From Patescibacteria group bacterium (lineage in GTDB: Bacteria; Patescibacteriota; Microgenomatia; UBA8517), in assembly GCA_036381415.1 (NCBI GenBank), contig DASVCV010000001.1, forward strand, positions 1,411-65,410: a DNA stretch of 64,000 bases, given 5' to 3'. The position numbers and the translations under genes are program-made. Below the pieces are notes generated by a model that was not told the origin of the DNA, ran no database searches, and saw only the letters and a program-made list of their open reading frames with translations. Positions 57,735 through 64,000 of this stretch are shown here, in pieces (positions within the stretch are counted from its first letter, which is position 1; the number at the start of each line of letters is the position of its first letter).

Positions 57735-58256
57735 TTATTCTTTAGTAGGAATTTCAATTTCCTGCACAGTTTTTAGCTTTCCGTCAGATGTGTGAAATGA
57801 AAGTCTAAATTTGTTAACATTTTCTTCTAGTTTTTCCAGAGTGCGGGGTGGTATTTCTTGATGAAGTCTATCCTCCCTGGTGTCGCCTAGGGCTTTTATA
57901 ATGTCTTGAAATTCTTCTTTTGCAGCATCCACTAGTTTTTTTCCAATTCCAAAACCGTTTTTTGCATAATTTTCTCCTAAATTCAAAACTTCAATTCTTG
58001 CATTAAAAACTTGGGCAAGGGGTTTGTTGGATATTTCTTGGGTTGCATATTTTTGTTCACCACCGCGGTCTTTAGCTGTGGCTATATTTAAAGCAGGATG
58101 CTCAGCTGTTTTAGCCTGAGAGGCTCTAATTTCTGCATTTACCCTTTGGAATTTTTCCCACTTTGAAGGAGCCTTCTTAACTTCTGGCTCCATAACTTTG
58201 TCTGTCATTCCTAGCAATTGTAGTACAGTTGGCTCTCCAAATTCAATAAGAGACAT
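57735..58256 (-). CDS. Hypothetical protein ending EIEIPTKE
   Basis: 173 aa; TGTTAGAAT 5 nt before ATG. Confidence 0.6.
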   Translation of the reverse strand: MSLIEFGEPTVLQLLGMTDKVMEPEVKKAPSKWEKFQRVNAEIRASQAKTAEHPALNIATAKDRGGEQKYATQEISNKPLAQVFNARIEVLNLGENYAKNGFGIGKKLVDAAKEEFQDIIKALGDTREDRLHQEIPPRTLEKLEENVNKFRLSFHTSDGKLKTVQEIEIPTKE

Positions 58257-58329
58257 ATGTAATTCTAACAGTAGAGTTGTGAAAAAGTCAACTTACTATA
58301 AGATATCTTGTAAACTTTGCTAGTCAGGT

Positions 58330-59556
58330 TTACGAGAGTTTTTTAAGGATTTCCTGAAGAGTAATGAGGCTCGTTTTATCACTTTTTCTTTCTTTATATT
58401 CAATTTTATCCCCTGTTTTTTCTGAAACAACTAGCCTTACAGGAATCCCAATAAGGTCTGAATCTCCAAACTTTTCACCAGCTCCTACAGCTCTGTCATC
58501 CCAGAGAACATCAATCCCATTTTCTTTCAACTCATCATAAATTTTTTGCGTATTTTTTGCTCCAGGGAGCTCTATTAAGTGGACATCAAAGGGAGCAATT
58601 TCTTTGCTCCAGATAATTCCTTTATCATCATGAGAAACTTCAACCCAGGTTCCCATAACTCTAGTGGAACCTATTCCATAGCTTCCAAACCAAACGGGCT
58701 TTTTCTTACCTTCTTTATCTGTATAGTAAAATCTCATGAGCTCTGCATATTTAGTACCTAATGGGAATATGTTTCCTACTTCAATTGATTTCTTTTCTAT
58801 AACTTTTCCTTTTTTACAGGAAGGACAGACATCTTTCTCCTTACCATCATATATTTCTTTGTTTGCTGCCCAGTCACATTTGTCACAGTAATAGATAGTA
58901 TCTTCCCCTACTTCTGAGAGAACTTGGAATTCGTGGGTGTGATTTGGGGTAAATACTCCACCTGCTGCTTCTGTAATTTTAAAATCAAATCCAAGTCTGG
59001 TAAAAATTTTTGAGTATGCTTTTTTTACTTTTTCATAATAATCCATTAAATCTTTTTCAGAAGTGTGGGCTGAGTAAAGATCTTTCATCATGAACTCTCT
59101 GCCTCTTAGAATTCCTGATTTAGCTCTTGGTTCATTTCTAAACTTTGTTGAGAAATGATAGATTGCAACTGGAAGATCCTGGTAGCTATTTATATGCTTT
59201 CTTAATAAATCTATAACAATTTCTTCATGAGTAAATGAAAGAGCTGATTCTTTTCCTCTTGCATCTCTTAACTTGTACATAATGTCTCCTGCTTTGTCCC
59301 ATCTTCCAGTTTCATTCCAGATTGATTTAGGATGAAGAAGAGGCATGAGAAGTTCTTCTCCCCCTACTGCATTCATTTCCTGTCTAATTATGTTATTTAT
59401 TTTATTAACTACTTTAAAACCTAATGGAAGAAGAGTCCAAGAGCCTGCCATTAGTTGATCAATAAATCCTGCCCTTACTAGGAGTTTGTGATTAACACTA
59501 GCTGCCTCTTTAGGTGCTTCTTTAATTGTTTTGGGGAATAGTTTAGATTGAAGCAT
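58330..59556 (-). CDS. proS: Proline--tRNA ligase (short form without full editing domain)
   Basis: W.ETGRW, THEE, KFRNEPR...G.LRGREF.MKDLYS, IEVGNIF.LG, GSYGIG. Confidence 0.96.
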   Translation of the reverse strand: MLQSKLFPKTIKEAPKEAASVNHKLLVRAGFIDQLMAGSWTLLPLGFKVVNKINNIIRQEMNAVGGEELLMPLLHPKSIWNETGRWDKAGDIMYKLRDARGKESALSFTHEEIVIDLLRKHINSYQDLPVAIYHFSTKFRNEPRAKSGILRGREFMMKDLYSAHTSEKDLMDYYEKVKKAYSKIFTRLGFDFKITEAAGGVFTPNHTHEFQVLSEVGEDTIYYCDKCDWAANKEIYDGKEKDVCPSCKKGKVIEKKSIEVGNIFPLGTKYAELMRFYYTDKEGKKKPVWFGSYGIGSTRVMGTWVEVSHDDKGIIWSKEIAPFDVHLIELPGAKNTQKIYDELKENGIDVLWDDRAVGAGEKFGDSDLIGIPVRLVVSEKTGDKIEYKERKSDKTSLITLQEILKKLS

Positions 59557-59557
59557 T

Positions 59558-59854
59558 TTAGAAATTTGCTTTTAACCTCACATCAATCATATTTTTAAGT
59601 CTTTCACATTGATTATTCTTCGGATTAATACCTCCATCATTTACAAAACACATTGATTTACAATTTTTTCGAGTTTCTTCCAAAGCCTCACCAATTTCTC
59701 GCAAGAGTTTTCTCCTTTGGGGAGTAGTTAGCCTAATTCCTTCTTCCTGCTCTGTTAAAAACTCTACCAAAGTACATGGACTGGCCACTCCTCCTAACAG
59801 CTGACATGTTTTACACTCTATTGGATTTGGCTTAAGGGACATGAGTTCTACCAT
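59558..59854 (-). CDS. Hypothetical Cys-rich protein
   Basis: 98 aa with 6 Cys (CKTC...C...CKSMC...C). Confidence 0.5.
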   Translation of the reverse strand: MVELMSLKPNPIECKTCQLLGGVASPCTLVEFLTEQEEGIRLTTPQRRKLLREIGEALEETRKNCKSMCFVNDGGINPKNNQCERLKNMIDVRLKANF

Positions 59855-59927
59855 ATTTAGTATTTTATATTACTCAGGCTTAAAGGTAAATGGGAAAGGC
59901 ATTCACTTGCAATGATATAATAGCCTT

Positions 59928-60152
59928 ATGAAGAAGGTAATAAGATTAGATCAAAATCATGAGTATTTTGTGAGAGCTGACCTATCTAAATATCAAAATG
60001 AGTGGATAGCAATTTCAGGCAAGAAGGTAGTTGCACATGGATCTGATGCAGATGTAGTCTACAAAGAAGCAAGAAAGAAAAAACCAAGAGCAGAAATCTC
60101 TTTAGCTAAAGTTTTGCCTCCCAAACCAATGATTCTTTCCTTTCTTAAATGA
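59928..60152 (+). CDS. DUF5678-like small protein
   Basis: KY.NEWIAI...KVVAHG.D...V...A pattern. Confidence 0.75.
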   Translation: MKKVIRLDQNHEYFVRADLSKYQNEWIAISGKKVVAHGSDADVVYKEARKKKPRAEISLAKVLPPKPMILSFLK

Positions 60153-60559
60153 TTGCTTTTAAGTATAAAAAAGAAAAAGTTGGAATATTGGGAGAAGCTA
60201 CTCCAAGACCAGTTGCAATAGTAAGCCTTAAAACAGCGGATGGAAAATGGTATAGATTCCAGCCTTACATAGATTCAGGGGCTGATATTACTCTCCTTTC
60301 CCAGTCAACAGGAAAACTTATTGGATTAAAAGAAGACGGACCTAATCAAAAGAAAAGTACATTGGGTGGAATATCAGGAGGGATACCAGTAATTTATACA
60401 ACTGTTACCATGTCTATTGATAACCATGAATTCCAGGCAAAAGTAGCCTGGGCACAGATATCTGGGATTCCCCCACTTTTAGGAAGAGCTGATGTATTTG
60501 AACACTTCAAAATCACTTTTAAAGAAAAGGAAGGAATTATTGAGTTTGAGAAAGTTTAG
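60149..60559 (+). CDS. Retropepsin-like (clan AA) aspartic protease
   Basis: RP.A.V, IDSGAD.T, GGISG flap, LLGR.D.F; ATGA overlap. Confidence 0.85.
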   Translation: MIAFKYKKEKVGILGEATPRPVAIVSLKTADGKWYRFQPYIDSGADITLLSQSTGKLIGLKEDGPNQKKSTLGGISGGIPVIYTTVTMSIDNHEFQAKVAWAQISGIPPLLGRADVFEHFKITFKEKEGIIEFEKV

Positions 60560-60565
60560 CTTGTG

Positions 60566-62260
60566 TTACCTGACAAGAGGTGACTCCAAGGAGCGGTCAA
60601 ATCTTTGGTATTTTTCAAAACTGTTAAGACTGCTATAAAGATTAAATGATTTGGTAAGAACTGCTTCTAACTCTTTTTTAATAATTGTGTTTTTAAGTTT
60701 TTCGTAGGCATTTTTCTCTGCAAAATTAAAATCATATTTTCTATAGGGAGACTCATTTCTTCCAATCAGGGAGGAATAATTACTGTTTATGTTTTGAAGC
60801 GTTAAAGATGAATATACTATTTTTCTAACATCATCTGGGGTTCTAGCAGAAGCTGGGATTGCCCCTACTCTTTCTACTTCTTTCTTGGCGTTATCATAAG
60901 CTGCAATCCATCCATCTACTGCATCTGGGGAGAGCTTACTTATATAAACATAATCTACTTCATTATTTACTGTGGGAGGAAAATTGTTTGCAATTAATTT
61001 ATCAACATTTACTACTCCAACTAGAAATAGTGCACCTATGCATAAACCAATTTCAGACAAGAACCATTTCTTTCTTGTTGAAATAAGCTGACGAGTAATA
61101 AGTACTATTGTTAATGCAATAAGAAGAATTAGAAATGCAGATCCATATATCCTAATTCTTGTTAGGCCATGGGCTATTTGATAAAGGTATACTCTTCTTA
61201 AAATTGAAATTATAAACACAAGAATTTCAAAAAGAAGCGCAAGGTTTAAATTTCTTAACAACTTTTTTGACTTTTCTGACGCAGAGTAGATATGTGAAGA
61301 AATAATACTTGTAAAATAAACAACAACGGCAACAAGAGTGAGTTCTCCAAACCCACGCCTGACATATTCAGAGTAAGTCATAATTCCAAATTCTGACAGT
61401 TTATTTTCTGGCACCTGGACAAAGAGATACTTAAATTGAATTACTAAAAATACAGCAAAAATAGTACACAGAATTGATACCAGAGTTGCTGTTTCTAATT
61501 GGTATTTTCCAACATGAATATCTTTAAAAGGATGTGCATATTTTTTCTTTATAGTTGAAAAGAGGAACGGAGCAGCAAAAAATAAAAATGCAGAAGTTCC
61601 TACTATCCTTGCTATTAGCCAAGGAGCAATTGGAGGAAGTTTAATGTTAAAAATATCTTTTACTAATTTGCCAAAAATTGGATCTGCTGATCCCAAAAGA
61701 ATTAATACAAATGCAGCGATTGGAATTGCTATTAAAATTCCTCTTATTACTGAACCAATCTCACTCTTTTTACTGCTTAGGGATAATTTTCTTTTTAAGA
61801 AAACAGCGAATAAATCAAGAGTCTGAGGCAAAAGATTAAATATTTGTAAAAATCCTCTAATCCAAACCATAAACAGCCTTTGAGGAACAACAAGGAATTC
61901 TGAGATTGTTTGGCTTAAGGGGTTTGCAAGAGATATGACATAAATGAGAATTAAAGTAAGTATTCCGCTTAAGAAATTAAGAAGAAAAGAGTCTATGAAA
62001 TTTGCTCTAAAAAGTGCTATTAAAGAAGAAAGAATTGCTACTCCTGATAAAAGATAGGCGTATTTTTTATTGTCTTTATTTAAATCTTTATATTTTCCAA
62101 CAAATAAATAAATTTGAGCTGAAACAACAAAAATTAAAAACCCTAGTGTGCCTATAAGGGGTACTGTAAAAAATGTTACTGCACTGGAGTTATATGAAAC
62201 AAAAAAAAGAAGGTTAAAAACAACGATGGCTAGGACGATAGCAATGGCTTTTCGTATCAA
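60566..62260 (-). CDS. DUF4153/DUF4173-like membrane protein
   Basis: LL.SADP.F, YSEYVRRGF.EL, Y..AHGLT..R, D..Y...LSPDA. Confidence 0.75.
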   Translation of the reverse strand: MIRKAIAIVLAIVVFNLLFFVSYNSSAVTFFTVPLIGTLGFLIFVVSAQIYLFVGKYKDLNKDNKKYAYLLSGVAILSSLIALFRANFIDSFLLNFLSGILTLILIYVISLANPLSQTISEFLVVPQRLFMVWIRGFLQIFNLLPQTLDLFAVFLKRKLSLSSKKSEIGSVIRGILIAIPIAAFVLILLGSADPIFGKLVKDIFNIKLPPIAPWLIARIVGTSAFLFFAAPFLFSTIKKKYAHPFKDIHVGKYQLETATLVSILCTIFAVFLVIQFKYLFVQVPENKLSEFGIMTYSEYVRRGFGELTLVAVVVYFTSIISSHIYSASEKSKKLLRNLNLALLFEILVFIISILRRVYLYQIAHGLTRIRIYGSAFLILLIALTIVLITRQLISTRKKWFLSEIGLCIGALFLVGVVNVDKLIANNFPPTVNNEVDYVYISKLSPDAVDGWIAAYDNAKKEVERVGAIPASARTPDDVRKIVYSSLTLQNINSNYSSLIGRNESPYRKYDFNFAEKNAYEKLKNTIIKKELEAVLTKSFNLYSSLNSFEKYQRFDRSLESPLVR

Positions 62261-62305
62261 AGTAATACTAATTCTACCATAAAAGACAAGTTTTTTTATA
62301 TTTGG

Positions 62306-63427
62306 CTACTTTAAAATTGAATTTACAAAGTTTGAGACAGACCCTGCTTTAATTAGCATTGGAATCTCACGGACTGTAAGAAGAACCATTAAAAGAAGGA
62401 GAAGTATAAGACCTATTGTATGGATAGCTGATTCAAATTTAGGAAGGAATTTCTTTCCCAATATTTTTTCTACAATTGTGGTTGCAATTCTATACCCATC
62501 AAGAGGTGGAAATGGAATAAGGTTAACAACTGCAAGGTTAACTGAAATTATTCCTACAAATCTTACCAAAGGAATAAATCCAAGTTTTGCAATTTCATAA
62601 AAAATGGCAACAATTGCAAGAGGACCTGCTACTCCTTTTGGAGACTGCCCATGGGATGCTTGCTGGACAGCACCTGTTAAGCCCTGAACCACTGCCTGGA
62701 CATAGAAGAAAGCATCTTTAAAACCATAGTAAATTCCATAGAAAGGTCTTTGCCAAACTGGAGGATAGTAAACCTCGGGGACGTCTCCAATTTCTACCCC
62801 AATAGGGCCTTCCCCTTCTGGAGGGAAAGCACGAGGTAATAAACTTAGTGTTTTTGTTTCACCATCCCTTACAACTTCAATCTTAACTTGTTTTCCTTTT
62901 GAATCATCTACAAACTTTTTAAACTGGTCTGTGGTTTCAACCTCACGGTCACCTACTTTTTTAATAATATCTCCAACTTTTATACCTGCATACTCAGCAG
63001 GAGAGTTTGCACTGACATTTAATATTTTTACATCAATCTTTCCTGATTCAATTCCATTTATTGAATAAACCAAGGCAAATGCTGCTACTGCTAAAAGTAG
63101 ATTCATCACAATTCCTGCGATTGTGATTGCAATCTTTGTTAGTTTGTTTTTACCTACAAAGGATCTGTTGGCATTAGTAACTACATCTTCCTCTTCTTCA
63201 CCATGAAGTTTTACAAATCCTCCTATAGGTAGAAGGTTTAAAGAATAAATAGTTTCCCCTATCTTTTTTCCCCAAAGACGGGGTGGAAGTCCTAAACCAA
63301 ACTCCTCTACCCAGACACCACTCTTTTTAGCAACAATGAAGTGGCCAAACTCATGAACTAAGATTAGAACAGAGAAAGCTATTATTACTTTTATAATTGC
63401 AAAGAGGATTAAGGGTATGTTTACCAC
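62306..63427 (-). CDS. rseP: RIP metalloprotease RseP (M50 with PDZ)
   Basis: HEFGH, F.LG.PP, P.GGFVK, PDZ, NLIP.PPLDG. Confidence 0.95.
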   Translation of the reverse strand: MVNIPLILFAIIKVIIAFSVLILVHEFGHFIVAKKSGVWVEEFGLGLPPRLWGKKIGETIYSLNLLPIGGFVKLHGEEEEDVVTNANRSFVGKNKLTKIAITIAGIVMNLLLAVAAFALVYSINGIESGKIDVKILNVSANSPAEYAGIKVGDIIKKVGDREVETTDQFKKFVDDSKGKQVKIEVVRDGETKTLSLLPRAFPPEGEGPIGVEIGDVPEVYYPPVWQRPFYGIYYGFKDAFFYVQAVVQGLTGAVQQASHGQSPKGVAGPLAIVAIFYEIAKLGFIPLVRFVGIISVNLAVVNLIPFPPLDGYRIATTIVEKILGKKFLPKFESAIHTIGLILLLLLMVLLTVREIPMLIKAGSVSNFVNSILK

Positions 63428-63447
63428 AAGAACATTCTATCAGAAGA

Positions 63448-64000
63448 TTAGAGTTGAAGTAACTCCTGCTTTTTCTTTTCTCCCATTTCTTCAATCTTTT
63501 TAATAAATTCATCAGTTAGAGTTTGGAGCTTTTTTTCCTGGGCAAATTTTTGATCTTCAGTTATTGTTTTGTCTTCATATCCTTTCTTAATTGCATGCAT
63601 AGTGTCACCTCTTACTCTTCTAATTTCTATTTTCCCTTCTTCAAGCTTTCCTGAAAGAAGCTTTACATATTTTTCCCTGTCTTCACTTGTCAAAGGAGGC
63701 ATGGAAATTCTAATTATTTCTCCATCAATTTGAGGGTTCATTCCAAGATTTAAGACTTCAATTCCCTTTTTAATTTCTCCAATTATTGATTTATCCCAAG
63801 GATCAATAACAATTGTTACTGGATCTGGAGATGTAATAGAAGCTAATTCTAGAATTCTTAACCTTTGCTGTCCTCCATAGACTGCAACATCTACATTTTC
63901 TACTAAGGAAGGACTAGCTCTACCTGTTCTAATTGTTGCAATTTCTGCGGCAAGCTTATCTACAACAGCCTGCATTTGAAGTTTAACACTCGTTTCATCC
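63448..64000 (-). CDS. frr: Ribosome recycling factor (start at the window edge)
   Basis: IRTGRASP, PPLT.E.R, R..R, ITED; frame stays open to the window end (DETSVKLQM...). Confidence 0.95.
   Translation of the reverse strand, partial: DETSVKLQMQAVVDKLAAEIATIRTGRASPSLVENVDVAVYGGQQRLRILELASITSPDPVTIVIDPWDKSIIGEIKKGIEVLNLGMNPQIDGEIIRISMPPLTSEDREKYVKLLSGKLEEGKIEIRRVRGDTMHAIKKGYEDKTITEDQKFAQEKKLQTLTDEFIKKIEEMGEKKKQELLQL

Noticed and set aside
1785-61826. Numerous shadow ORFs in the track (e.g. 4670-5065, 11877-12296, 46617-47099, 48911-49444)
   Set aside because: Antisense or out-of-frame to well-supported genes, with no motifs or promoters

Overview
AT-rich, CpG-poor bacterial chromosome segment using genetic code 11. 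Gene content and style (housekeeping genes interleaved with short orphans, P/T-linker surface proteins, pervasive leaderless promoters, short RF1-like gene, EF-P with an MGRG loop) suggest Patescibacteria/CPR, probably Microgenomates; this is an inference. Core genes: gyrA, xer, yebC, rluA-like, efp, tRNA-Leu(CAA), dnaB, hisS, rpmE, a prfA-like gene, htrA, ctpA, rpsF-ssb-rpsR, ychF, msrA/B, tgt, cysS, dnaX-ybaB-(GH39)-recR, ybeY, proS, rseP and frr. There is also an OmpR/HK plus MacAB-like operon and a set of redox genes. Most notable: (1) a gene-free, CG-enriched 1 kb region next to the Xer gene with a probable dif site, a copy of its arm at the xer promoter, and several further 6-bp-spaced inverted repeats; (2) a free-standing LAGLIDADG endonuclease starting 3 nt after tRNA-Leu; (3) an RF1 lacking domain 1, placed in frame directly behind an extended L31 (TAA-ATG); (4) a three-site TYTCAG-N5-TCTCAG regulon; (5) two tandem orphans sharing a C-terminal E[VI]EIPTKE tag. 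No CRISPR array, rRNA or transposase was seen. All calls are by eye, with no database searches.
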